DNA of 64,000 bases from Alphaproteobacteria bacterium (GCA_965214705.1 CBDCCI010000002.1:576001-640000); one strand, 5' to 3'; counted from the stretch's first letter, positions 10,963-21,134 are shown. Notes: generated from the letters alone by a model not told the origin. Program-made: numbers and translations.

Positions 10963-12630
10963 GGCGGAGAGTCAGCCCCGAAATCAGATCCGCTGGAAGT
11001 ATGGGGGCCCGATACCGCTTACCTTGAGCTTCGCCAACTCCGGCGGGATGGCCCCGGTCAAGGCGTTGAGGCCGAGATGCAGATACTCGAGGCTCGCCAG
11101 ATTTCCCAGCTCGGGCGGAATGCGACCGGTGAGCCGATTGCGTCCAAGGGACAGCGAAACGAGGCGGTCCAGGCGGCCAAGATCCGGGGGGATACGGCCG
11201 TTCAATCCAAGTCCCGCCAGATCCAGCCCGGTGACGCGTCCCTCCGGGCCTTCCACCGTCACGCCCTGCCAGCCGTTGACGGGCACGGTGCGGCTCCAGT
11301 TGAGGGCAATGTCTCCGGCCAGGATGTCCCTCGCCGCCAGCAGTACGGCGCAGTTCGCGCCAGGATTGGCGGTCGGCGAAGGGTCGCAGAACAGCTTCCT
11401 CTCAAGCATGTCGCCGGAAACGTTCCGCAACATCGACCACTGGGACAGACCGTCGGAGAATGCCGCAACGCCGACGAAGCCTGCAATCCCGACAAATCCT
11501 GTGGCGGCCAAAGCCAGGACGAAGGCCCTTGGTTTGCCGCGGACATTGATCAACAGGAACAAAACCATCAACGCACCGAGTATGACCAACGCGGTTCTGG
11601 ACGCCGACCCCAGGCTTGCGGCGACGCCGGCGGCCAGGCCCAGCCAACCGAGCGTGCGCGGCCCGCCATTGGTCAGGAACGCCGCGGCGAGTCCCACCGT
11701 CATGCAGGCGACCAAGCCGGCGTTGTTGGGCTCGGTGAAAGCACCGGTCAGGCGGAATGGAATTCTGTAAGGCGCCAGGATGCCGAGATCGCGCAGAATC
11801 GGCGAAGCGAGAATGATGACGCAGCTCGAAATCAGGACGACAAGCACGCCCTGCAACAACCGGTCGGTGCCGACTCGTTCCAGCACCGCGCGGCCACCGA
11901 CTGCGGCAGCCACGAACACACCAAAACCAAGGACCATAAATCGCAGTGTCCCAGCCGTGCCCGGCCGCCAGTCCGCCTCGTCCATCACGGCAAAGCCGAT
12001 CGCCAGATAGGATGCCACCGCACCGAGCAACAACACGCCGGGCATTCCGCCCACTGTGCTCAGGACAGAGAGGCGTGAGCCGGACTTCCGCCAGGCAAAC
12101 AAGCATCGAATTCCAACCAGGCCCACCAGGATGACTATGCATGCCATGGTCGCCCGTGCGATGACGCCTACGACTTGCGGCATCCCCCAAAGATGCAGTT
12201 CCCGCGCGCCGGTCAGAGCGATGACAGCCAACGTCCAGAACGCGACCGCGATCAGCGCGGTCTGGAGCGCCTCGCTTCGGCGCAGCAGCAAGACTGGATG
12301 TCTGAACAGGAACATTTTCTGGATCTGAGGGGCCGACGCTCAAAAATGAATACTAACCCGAAATTGAGGTGTGTGCGCTGGCGTTTTGCCGTGAAAATGT
12401 CTGGGATCGGCGCAAACCAAGTCGTTGCGACGCTGGGGTCCATCCGGCGGCGGCAGTTCACCGTCGGCAACAGGCGCCCGGTTGGGTGGCTACGAGCGGT
12501 AGACTTCCCCGATGTGGCCCGAAGTCGGCCTCCGCCTGAGCGCGTCTACATTTTCATTCTACGGGGTGGCCGAGCCGCCGGCCATGAAAGTTATCGACAG
12601 CGCGCCGCTGATCCAGCTAAAGCCCCAAGA

Positions 12631-14977
12631 TTACGTTTCATACTGCACCTCACTACTCCCTTGGTCGGCAAGATCGGGGAAACGTCCCTGTCTTGGGCTT
12701 GGCCCTGGTTGTTCGGTCGGTGGTGGATCGAGGATTTCGTACAGGTATCGGGGTCTGTCGCTGTAGGCGTGTGCGCGCAGCAGCCCGGCCTTGTGCCATC
12801 TGTAGACCGTCGTGTCGGACACCCCGAATCGGTCGGCGATTTCCAGGGCCGTCAACAGACCGCGTTCGCGCAGTCGATCATGGCGGGACTTGAGAGCGTA
12901 GTTGTCCCGGACCACCTTCACCGATATCGGGTCGAAGGCGTGGCCGTGTCCGGTTCGGTACCCGCGCTGGTTGAGAATCGCTGCGATCTCGCCATCGGTG
13001 TGATCGTTCATCAGCCTGTCGACCTCGGCGACGACCTCGTCGCTGGTCTTGATGAGCTGGGAAGGGTGAGGGTCCGGCGTCCAGGCGATCTGTCGGGTCG
13101 CGCCGCCGCGCAGCCGCACTCCCAGGCTCCGCGTGGCCTTGGTCAGGGTCACGTCCTCGATCAGCAGCCGCGCCATCCGCTTGCGCTCGCGGTGCGGCGT
13201 CGCCGGATCGTTCCACAGGCGGGGGAAGTCGCTGGCCAGGGCGAGGATTCGCTCGCGTTGCGCGTCGTCCAACCCCTGGCCCGGTTCGGCGCGGCTGCGC
13301 TCGCGCTCGCGCTGGGCCTCGTCGAGTGCGCGAAGCTTCGCGTTCCACTCCGCCTCCAGCACGTCGGCCACCATCCGGTTGTCGGGATGGGTCTGCATGA
13401 ACCGCTGGCGCGCCAGGTCGGCTTCCTCGCGGGCGCGCTGCACCCGCTGAGCGCGCCACAGATCCGCCTCTCCGGCGCGCGCGGCGAGTTCGTCCTGCAC
13501 CTGCAACGCGACGTCCAGCGTGAGCGGTGTCATCAGCTCGACCAGCAGCGCGCCAACCGCCCGGTCGATGGCGCCGCCGGATATGCTCTGGCAATTCTCC
13601 GCGCTCGCCGTCTCGACCCTTTCGCGATTGCACAGGTAATGGGGGCTTTGTTGCCCTTTTGCGGTTCGGTAGCGCACCGTCATGTTCCTGCCGCACACGC
13701 CGCAGATCGCCAGGCCCTGCAGCAGCGCAGACCCTTCGCGCGGGGCGCCGCGTCGCTGCGCTGCGGCGTGCGCCTGGGCATTGTCCCGGAGCTGGCGCTC
13801 ATTCTGCTCGAAGCGCTCCCAGGTGATGTAGCCCGGGTGGGCATCGCGCAGCAGCACCGTCCATTCCTCTCGCGGAACGCTTCTGGTCTCGATACCGCCG
13901 CCGGGACGGCGCCGGCTGCGGCTGCGCCCGTACGCGAAAGCGCCGGCGTATCGCGGGTTGTGCAGAAGCCCCCGCGCGCGCGAACCTCAGGGGCTTCCAA
14001 TGCAGCTCACCGCTGTGGGGCCCGCCTTGAGGACGGTACGGAAACAGCAGCTTCTCGTTGTTGAAATGCCTGACCGTGGCGCTGGCCGAGCCGGTCCGCG
14101 CGAAGGTGTCGAATATCAGGCGCAGGCTGTGCTGCACCTGCTCGTCGGGGTCGAGCACCACCTGGCCGAGCGGGTCGTAGACCAGCCCCACCGGCAGCGG
14201 CACCTTCAACTCCCCGCGCTTGGCCTTGGCCAGCACTCCGCCACGCAGCCGGATGCGCATCATATGCAGCTCCGCTTCCGACATGGTCCCTTTGAGCCCG
14301 AGCAGGAGCCTATCGTTGAAGTCGCCGGGGTCGTAGACACCGTCCTCGTCGAGGATGAGCGTCTCGCTCAGGGCGCAGATCTCAAGCAGGCGGTGCCAGT
14401 CTCAGACTTCCTGACCCCGAGCTGGAAAGGTGTGGGCGGTCCCTATAGTCATGATCTTGAGGTTGCACACAAATCTCGTCTCCCTGGGCCTCGCGGCTCC
14501 GTGCGGCACGGCGGCCGCCAGAAATTTTGAGTTGATACGGAACGTCTTGCCGGAGCCACCCGCCGCAACCGGAAAGCCGCAGAAACTGGCGCTTTCGTCT
14601 CGTCTCGCTGGCCGGATCTCCACGCAAACCGTGTCACCCAAAATTATCAGAGGTCAGGAAGTCTGAGTCTGTGGAGTTGCGCGCGAGGCGGCTGACCTCA
14701 AGCCCGAGCACGATCCCGGCCCGGCCCATGCCGACCTCGGCGACCAGATGCTGGAATCCCTCGCGGTCGGCGTCGGCACCGGAGAGACCGAGGTCTTTGT
14801 CGATCACGACGATGCTCTCGGTCGGCCAGCCAGCGCCACGGCCCGCTCCCGCAGCGCGTACTGGCGGCGCGTACTCTCGCCATGGTCGAGCACCTGGCGC
14901 TGGGTAGACTGACGCACGTACAGATAGGCATCGCGGCTCAGGTGGCTCGCGGCCACCTTCTGGTGAGCGGTGTTCAT
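12631..14977 (-). pseudogene. Large serine recombinase, disrupted (frameshifts near 14830 and 13975; MITE insertion)
   Basis: YLYVRQST catalytic motif, SRLARNS, LLGLKGTMSEAELH, HNPRYAG, LLQGLAICGVCG zinc ribbon, C-terminal EVQYET. Confidence 0.9.
14402..14666. mobile_element. 265-bp MITE-like insertion
   Basis: 15-bp perfect TIR TCAGACTTCCTGACC/GGTCAGGAAGTCTGA; 3-bp duplication GTC; removal restores LARNSTDWHR in the recombinase. Confidence 0.9.
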
Positions 14978-15276
14978 GCTGCTTCCCTCCCCATATGACC
15001 CCTGAGCATGGCGATCAAAACGTCGATCGCCGACGTCTCGACCCCGGTGGGCAACGGCCCGGGCGAGGCCCCCGCACGCACAGCGATCGTCGGAGCGGGC
15101 AGTTCGGCGAAGGCATGCAGCCAGGCCGCGACGCCGCGCAGCGCCACTACGGCGAGCCCGTGGCGATCGTCGCCGGCGCCGGGCTCGACGGCATGACGGC
15201 GCATCCGCTCGTAACCGTGCCCGTAGGCGGAATGTTCCGCCGCGGGGAGCGCGGCGCATGGCGGGCGGCGCATCAT
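14974..15276 (-). CDS. Small hypothetical protein of the recombinase element
   Basis: Paralogue of 20841..21134 (GYExMRRHAxEPG...GLAV); ATGA overlaps with neighbours. Confidence 0.7.
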   Translation of the reverse strand: MMRRPPCAALPAAEHSAYGHGYERMRRHAVEPGAGDDRHGLAVVALRGVAAWLHAFAELPAPTIAVRAGASPGPLPTGVETSAIDVLIAMLRGHMGREAA

Positions 15277-15734
15277 CGGCGTTTTTTTCCCCGCGCGATG
15301 GCGCGATCTATGCTGCTGCGATGGATCGAGATGCCGAAGCGTTCGCGCACCAGCTCGACCAGCGCGGCGGCGGTCAACTCCGGCTGCTTGCTCTTCGCCG
15401 TCTGCAACGCCTCGACCACCTCGTCGCTGAGCTTGTGCGCACGCCGCGGTCCCGGCCGGTCCGGCAGCAGGCCCGGCAACCCGCCAGCCTCCCAGGCGCG
15501 CTGCGCTTGATACCAGGTGGGCCGCGAGACGCCGAAGCTGGCGGCAGCGTGGCTCACCGGCACGCCATCCTCGCGCACCCGGCGCAGCATCTCGTACCTG
15601 ACCTGGAGCAGGTCGCGCGGGTCGAAGAACGGGTTCGACAGGAACAGCTCGTCGCGCACCGCCTCCGCGCGCGGGTTCAGGCAGCCGTGCTGCTTGAGGG
15701 AGCGAGACTTGGCGTCGGCGGGGCGTCTGGCCAT
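15273..15734 (-). CDS. Helix-turn-helix protein of the recombinase element
   Basis: FFDPRDLLQVRYEMLRR..AAASFGVSRPTWYQ..GPRRAHKLS; paralogue of 20383..20844. Confidence 0.85.
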   Translation of the reverse strand: MARRPADAKSRSLKQHGCLNPRAEAVRDELFLSNPFFDPRDLLQVRYEMLRRVREDGVPVSHAAASFGVSRPTWYQAQRAWEAGGLPGLLPDRPGPRRAHKLSDEVVEALQTAKSKQPELTAAALVELVRERFGISIHRSSIDRAIARGKKRR

Positions 15735-15916
15735 CGCGCGGGCTCCGTGGGGAAAGGAATGTAAATATATTTATACAACATCCCAGAGCGCAATCAACCC
15801 CCTTCTGCCTGCCTGTCACCGAAAACACGCGGAAATGTCGCACATATGCGTCACTCCTTGCCGTCTTCCCGGCCGCCGCGACACCCTGTTCCCGCCATGC
15901 ATACGCAAAAACATTC

Positions 15917-16222
15917 TTACACATGCGGCAAAATCTCCTTGACAGTCCCCGCCCCACCCTCGGCCTCCCTGCCGGCACGGCCGGCCCCCTCCAGGCCGGC
16001 CAGCAATGACCCCAGCGCGAGCAGATCAGACACCCGAAACGCCGACCGGCCCGACCCCACCCGCACAAACGGATCCTCGCAGGCAACGCTGGTCCAGCCT
16101 CGCCGTATGCTGCGCAGCACGCCGTCATCTCCCGTGTAATGCACCAACTCCACTCCCATCACCGACTTGATCTCGACCAGTGGGAACTCACGGCCGTGAA
16201 GCGGATGAAACGGGTGCGTCAC
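15917..16222 (-). CDS. DUF5372/Y4bD-like small protein
   Basis: VTHPFHPLHGREF...WTS...DPFV..GRSAFRVSDLLAL; paralogue of 19896..20201. Confidence 0.75.
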   Translation of the reverse strand: MTHPFHPLHGREFPLVEIKSVMGVELVHYTGDDGVLRSIRRGWTSVACEDPFVRVGSGRSAFRVSDLLALGSLLAGLEGAGRAGREAEGGAGTVKEILPHV

Positions 16223-17418
16223 CCGGACGAGCTGCCGCTCGACGCATCCGAGGGGTGCAGTTGAGGGCCCAGTCCCATGATCGTGGCGACGGCCTTTCCG
16301 ACCCTCTCGGCGGCGGCTTCGATGTCGCGGTCGCCGAGGTGGGCGTAGCGGAGCGTCATGCGCGAATTGGAGTGGCCAAGCAGGCGGGAGACGACAGGGA
16401 CCGGCACGCCGTTCATGACCGCGTGGCTCGCCACGGTATGGCGCAGGTCGTGAAGCCGGCAGTCCTCGATGCCGGCCTTGCGGCGGACCCGGTACCAGAG
16501 AGAGAGTTCGGACCCGCGCGGCCGCGACGGATGGCGCGGCGAAGGGAACACGAAGCGGCTTTCTCCCCGCTTCTGGCGGTCCAGGATGCTCCTGGCCTGG
16601 GCGTTGAGGGGAACCTTTCTCGGCCCGGTCTTGCTGTCGGCAAGCATCAGCGCGCCGCTCTGGACCTCGGACCAGCGGAGCCCGGCGATTTCTCCCCTGC
16701 GGCATCCGGTGAGAAGCAGCAGGCGGATAATGTCGGCCTGCGGCCTGAACCGCTCTCCCCGCTTGGCCTCTTCGTCGAGGACGGCGTGAAGACGCGCGAT
16801 CTCCTCGCGCGACAGGAAGCGCGTCATCGGCGGCCGGCGGTTGGGCGCGATGCCCTGCGCGGGGTTGCTGTCGAGGAGGCCGCGGGCGATGGCGAGGTTG
16901 AAGATCGAGCGAAGCAGCTTGAGCGCGTTGTTGGCGTTGCCGGGCGCGGTGCGGCTGAATGCGTCGAACCAGCGCCTGACCTGCGCAGGCGTTATGCGCT
17001 CGAGCGGGGTCGCGCCGAAGGCGGGGAGGAGGCGGGTATCGAGCAGGCAGGCATAGGACTTCCCGGTCGCGGGCTTGCAGCGCCCGAAAATCGCCTCCTT
17101 CCATGGACCCTCCACGAACTCGCGGCACAGGGGGGCGGCGGGCGCCGGACGGACGGGCTTGTCCGTCTCCGGGCTTGCCCGGCGCTCATGGCACTCCCGC
17201 CGCGCCTCCTCCACGGTCCTGGTCGAGACCGGGCCGAGGGAGACGCGCCTGGAGCGCCCCCCGGCGTGCTCCAGCAGAACCCAGGTCTTTCCGCCGCTCG
17301 GACGGACCCGGACCCCGAGGCCGGGCACGCTCTTGTCCCAGACGGCATACTCCCGCGCGCGGGGGCGGAGACCGGCGACGGCGTCGTCGGTGAGCTTCCT
17401 GCGTTCCCTTGCCGGCAC
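16219..17418 (-). CDS. Tyrosine integrase with arm-binding domain (C-terminus extended by element insertion)
   Basis: WDKSVPGLGVRVRPSGGKTW, LTGCRRGEI, HDLRHT, LLGHS..MTLRYAH. Confidence 0.92.
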   Translation of the reverse strand: MPARERRKLTDDAVAGLRPRAREYAVWDKSVPGLGVRVRPSGGKTWVLLEHAGGRSRRVSLGPVSTRTVEEARRECHERRASPETDKPVRPAPAAPLCREFVEGPWKEAIFGRCKPATGKSYACLLDTRLLPAFGATPLERITPAQVRRWFDAFSRTAPGNANNALKLLRSIFNLAIARGLLDSNPAQGIAPNRRPPMTRFLSREEIARLHAVLDEEAKRGERFRPQADIIRLLLLTGCRRGEIAGLRWSEVQSGALMLADSKTGPRKVPLNAQARSILDRQKRGESRFVFPSPRHPSRPRGSELSLWYRVRRKAGIEDCRLHDLRHTVASHAVMNGVPVPVVSRLLGHSNSRMTLRYAHLGDRDIEAAAERVGKAVATIMGLGPQLHPSDASSGSSSG

Positions 17419-17421
17419 GGC

Positions 17422-18543
17422 TCAGCTCCCCAGCACGGCGCCGATGGTCTCGGCGGCCTGCCGCGTCATCGCGTCGGCCGGGTGGGCATACTTGAGGGTG
17501 GTCCCCGGATCGGCATGTCCGAGCAGTCTGCCGATGGCGAGCACGGTCTCGCCATCGCGCAGCGCGATGCTGGCATGGGTATGCCGGAGATCGTGAAGAC
17601 GGGCGTCGCCGAGATCGGCCTCCGCCCGGATGCGCCACCAGAAGCTGTCCAGCCAGTGTTCGCAGTGCGCGCGTCCGGTATGCGGCGACGGAAAGACCCA
17701 ACGGCCGGTCCGCGCGATGCCGTCGAGGACGGCCCGCGCGGGCGCGGACAGCCATACGGTCCGGGGGCCGGTCTTGGAGTCGCGCAGGAACAGGCGGCCC
17801 TCGCGGTAGTCGGACCAGCGGAGCGTCAGGATCTCGCTCTTGCGGCATCCGGTCAGCAGGAGCAGGCGGATCGCGGCGACCTGCCCCGGACACGCCTCGG
17901 CGTGCGCCGCGAGCGCCCGGGAGAGCCTCCGGATCTCGTCGTCCGACAGGAACCGCTCGCGCCCCTTGCGGCGGTATCGCCGGATGCCCCGGCAGGGGTT
18001 GGAGCCCTCGGGCCGCAGCCCCATCCGTTCCGCCCCCTTCATGACGACGGAGAGGATCGGCATGGACCTGTCGGCGGCGGCCGGCGTGGCGGCCAGCGAG
18101 GCGAACCAGTCGCGCACCTCGCGCCGGTCGATATCGGCGACATTGCGCCCCGCGAAATGGGGCATGATCTGCTTGCGGAGGTAGCCCCGGTTGACACCGA
18201 GCGTGCGCGGCTTCCATGTCCGCTCGTACTGCCGGAATACGGTCTCCGCGACGGCCTCGAAGAGCGCCTCCTCGGGACGGGGCGGCGCGGTGTCGCCCCG
18301 CCTGATCGCGGCCAGCATCCCGCTCGCGCGCGAGCGCGCCTCGATCACGCCGACCGCCTCGGCGTCTCCGACGATCTTCCACACTCGTTTGCCGCGATGC
18401 TGGCAGTGGACGAAGAAGCGCTTGCCGCCCGAGGGCAGCACCCGGACGCCGAAGCCCTTGAGCTTGCCGTCGCGGACGTCGCGGGCCGTGCTGCGGGGCT
18501 TGAGCGCCCCGATGCGGGCGTCGGTGAGGTTGGTTTTGGGCAT
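17422..18543 (-). CDS. Tyrosine integrase with arm-binding domain
   Basis: GFGVRVLPSGGKRF, LTGCRKSEI, HDLRHT, LLGHAD..TTLKYAH. Confidence 0.92.
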   Translation of the reverse strand: MPKTNLTDARIGALKPRSTARDVRDGKLKGFGVRVLPSGGKRFFVHCQHRGKRVWKIVGDAEAVGVIEARSRASGMLAAIRRGDTAPPRPEEALFEAVAETVFRQYERTWKPRTLGVNRGYLRKQIMPHFAGRNVADIDRREVRDWFASLAATPAAADRSMPILSVVMKGAERMGLRPEGSNPCRGIRRYRRKGRERFLSDDEIRRLSRALAAHAEACPGQVAAIRLLLLTGCRKSEILTLRWSDYREGRLFLRDSKTGPRTVWLSAPARAVLDGIARTGRWVFPSPHTGRAHCEHWLDSFWWRIRAEADLGDARLHDLRHTHASIALRDGETVLAIGRLLGHADPGTTLKYAHPADAMTRQAAETIGAVLGS

Positions 18544-18654
18544 ATCCTCTCTCCCGGTTGCGATTGCAGCCGGGGAACCGGGCGTTGACCGATCCGTCCG
18601 GATGCAACAAGATGCGGGAGAAAAAGCGACCCTCTGTCAGATACTTAGCACCGC

Positions 18655-19024
18655 AGGTGCGCCGCACGGTGTGGCCCTCGAGCACGGCGCGGTGGCCGAT
18701 ATTGGCGGCGATTGTCGATTTGCCGACGCCGTTGGGGCCGACCAGGACGACGTTGGCGGCCTCGTTGAGGAAGTCGAGGCTCATGAGGTCCTCGACAGCC
18801 ATGCGGTCGCAACGCCTGGGCCACGCCCAGTCGAAGTCGGCGAGCGGCTTGAACTTCCCGAGGCGGGCATCGGCGAGGCGGCGCTTGAGGCTGCGGCTGC
18901 GCCGCTCTTCCTCTTCCCAGGCGATGAGGGTGGGCAGCCAGTCGGTCTCGCCGACGTCGTCCCAGTGGGCGACGAGGCCGTGCAGGCCGAGAGCGCGGGC
19001 ACGATCCATGAGGGTGTCGGTCAT
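18655..19024 (-). pseudogene. istB: IS21 helper ATPase IstB, 3'-truncated
   Basis: MTDTLMDRARALGL..KPLADFDWAWP..NVVLVGPNGVGKS, similarity ends shortly after Walker A. Confidence 0.85.
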
Positions 19025-19842
19025 TCTTCGCTGTCCTCCTCTTCTGCTTCGCCGGCCAGGTCGTCGTACTCCGTCAGGTCGTGGTCGCGGACGGCGATGT
19101 CGCGCACCTTCGGGTCCTTGGGCAGGTCGACCGGGATGGGCGGGGGCTTGCCCCGCTGTTCGCGGCGCCGGGTGAGGCTCAGGCGCACGGCGTTGGGATG
19201 GGGGACACCGCGCTGCAGGGTTTCGTCGATGCCCGCCTCGAGCTCGGCGGCACCGTACTTGTCGAGCAGGCGCAAGAGCGCTGCGACGATGGAACCGAGA
19301 TGGCCGCCGCGTTTGGCGGCGTCGGCGAGCAGTTGCTCGCTGTTGGGCGCGGCCCGGACCAGACGATCCTGGCCGCGCAGGCGCCGGGCACGCCGCTTCT
19401 TCCTGGCCAGTTCGTCGATGTGCTCGGGGTTTTCGACAGGGATCCCCTTGTCGAAGCTGCGCGGATGCGTGGCGATGACGTCGGCGCCGTCGAGAATGCG
19501 CACCTCGTCGAGCGTGGCGAGGACGACGAGGGTGCGCTTCACGTGGGTGTGGGGCACGGAATAATCGTTGCTGTCGAACCTGGCGTAGGGGGTCTTGCCG
19601 ATGGTGACCTCGACCCGCTCGTCGGCGGGGAAACGGTCGTCGGGCAGCCCGATGAGGGAGCTGCGCTCCTTGTCGAAGGCCTCGCGCACGGTGATGGAGC
19701 GGTTCTCGGGCCAGGGGCGGTCGGCGGCGATGCCCTCGCACCAGGCCTCGGCCTGGGCGTTGAGATCGTCGATGTCGCGCCACTCTCGGGCGGCGAAGAA
19801 GCTCTCGCGGACGTAGCGGATCGCCCGCTCCACGCGTCCCTT
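19021..19842 (-). pseudogene. istA: IS21 transposase IstA, C-terminal half only
   Basis: KGRVERAIRYVR..FDSNDYSVP..HDLTEYD; cut at the end of recombinase element B. Confidence 0.88.
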
Positions 19843-19895
19843 GGACCAAGCATTTAACTGCACTCGATCCACAGCATGAGGGTCGAACCTTTCGG

Positions 19896-20201
19896 GTGAC
19901 GCACCCGTTTCATCCCCTCCACGGACGGGAGTTCGAGCTTCTTCAGAGCCGGGTGTGCCGGGGGATAGAACGGGTGGATTACGTCGACGGGGACGGGGTG
20001 GTGCGTTCCCTCACAGCGGCGTGGACCAGTGCTGGGGCCAAGGATCCCTTCGTCATCGTCGCGTCTGGTCGCTCGGCCTTTCGGCTTCCGGATCTGCTGG
20101 CTCTGGCTGCACTGTTGGATGGCCTGCACGAGGATGGTTTGTTTGGGAGTAGCGCTGGCGGTGGCAGCGGCACTGTAAAGAGTATTACGCCGCATGTGTA
20201 A
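19896..20201 (+). CDS. DUF5372/Y4bD-like small protein
   Basis: THPFHPLHGREFELL..WTS..DPFV..GRSAFRLPDLLAL. Confidence 0.75.
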   Translation: MTHPFHPLHGREFELLQSRVCRGIERVDYVDGDGVVRSLTAAWTSAGAKDPFVIVASGRSAFRLPDLLALAALLDGLHEDGLFGSSAGGGSGTVKSITPHV

Positions 20202-20382
20202 GATATATTTTGCCCAATGCGTTGGAGCGCCCTTCCCCTTTCCGGCAAACTGTCTTGTCTATATCGGGCGTTGTTCATACAGATTCTTCAGATCACGAGA
20301 AGAACTGAGGCAGGACCAGCTTGACACCGCATATGATTGCGGCATAATATTCCTTACATTCGTTGCAGATGGAGGCCACCCC

Positions 20383-20844
20383 ATGGCCAGACGTTCAGCC
20401 GATGCAAAGACCGATGCCCTCAAGCAGCATGGCTGTCTGAACCCGCGTCCCGACGCGGTTCGCGACGAGCTGTTCCTGTCCAACGCATTCTTCGATCCGC
20501 GCGACCTGCTCCAGGTCAAGTACGAGATGCTGCGCCGTGTGCGCGAAGACGGCGTGCCCATCAGCCGTGCCGCTGCGAGCTTCGGCGTCTCGCGGCCCAC
20601 CTGGTACCAGGCACAGCTCGCCTTCGAGGCAGGCGGCCTGCCGGCGCTGTTGCCGCACCGGCGCGGCCCCCGGCGAGCCCACAAGCTCAGCGACGAAGTG
20701 GTCGAGGCGTTGCGCGCGGCAAAGAGCGAACAGCCGGAACTCAGCACCCGCGAGCTGGTCGACCTCGTGCGCGAGCGCTTCGGCCTGCGGGTCCATCGCC
20801 GCAGCATCGAACGCGCGCTCGCGCGGGGAAAAAAACGCGCATGA
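20383..20844 (+). CDS. Helix-turn-helix protein
   Basis: GGAGG RBS before ATG 20383; FFDPRDLLQVKYEMLRR..FGVSRPTWYQ. Confidence 0.85.
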   Translation: MARRSADAKTDALKQHGCLNPRPDAVRDELFLSNAFFDPRDLLQVKYEMLRRVREDGVPISRAAASFGVSRPTWYQAQLAFEAGGLPALLPHRRGPRRAHKLSDEVVEALRAAKSEQPELSTRELVDLVRERFGLRVHRRSIERALARGKKRA

Positions 20845-21134
20845 CGCCGACACCGCTGGCGCTTCCGTTGACGCATTCGGCGTATGCGCAGGGCTACGAG
20901 CAGATGCGCCGCCACGCGCTCGAGCCCGGCACGCCGCTCGACCGACAGGGGCTCGCCGTGATGGTACGGCGCGGCATCGCCGCCTGGCTGTTCGTGTCCG
21001 CCGAGCTGCCCGCCGCGCCTGCCGGCGTGTGCGCGGGCGCGTCGCCCAAGGCACTGCCCGCCAGGGTCGAGAGGCCGGTGATCGACATTCTTCTCGCGAT
21101 GGTCAAAGTCCACATGGAAGGGGAGTTGGCATGA
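20841..21134 (+). CDS. Small hypothetical protein
   Basis: ATGA-coupled; paralogue of 14974..15276. Confidence 0.7.
   Translation: MTPTPLALPLTHSAYAQGYEQMRRHALEPGTPLDRQGLAVMVRRGIAAWLFVSAELPAAPAGVCAGASPKALPARVERPVIDILLAMVKVHMEGELA

Larger units (their letters stand above)
8271..11022 (-). mobile_element. IS66-family element, copy 2 (2752 bp)
   Basis: Same termini and identical translated ORFs as copy 1; TSD CTTGAGCT at 8263-8270 and 11023-11030. Confidence 0.97.
705..12315 (-). pseudogene. Giant O-antigen ligase/polymerase (WaaL/Wzy_C-like) membrane protein with inserted plant-type LRR array; split by two IS66 and one frameshift
   Basis: Three pieces: 12315-11023, 8262-6661, 3900-705. N part is multi-TM with RLTGAFTEPNNAG and SASRTAL. 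C part has RPLLWRLG..PVFGHG..PHNLFIMLLGEAGIV. Between them are nine WQGVT-type caps with LxxLxLxxNxLTGxIPPELG repeats. Removing IS plus one TSD rejoins PGL/RADC in frame. The other join needs loss of 1 nt near 8252. Confidence 0.85.
12628..16275 (-). mobile_element. Four-gene large-serine-recombinase element, copy A (Y4bA-D-like)
   Basis: CA dinucleotide on both flanks (12626-27, 16276-77); imperfect inverted ends containing TGCAC; removal restores the stop codon of the host integrase (VATIMGL*). Confidence 0.85.

Noticed and set aside
3909-11022. Composite transposon of two IS66 carrying LRR DNA
   Set aside because: Each IS has its own TSD and the host gene is collinear, so these are independent insertions.
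17186-19849. 887-aa ORF
   Set aside because: Chimera of off-frame istA, true istB and off-frame integrase.
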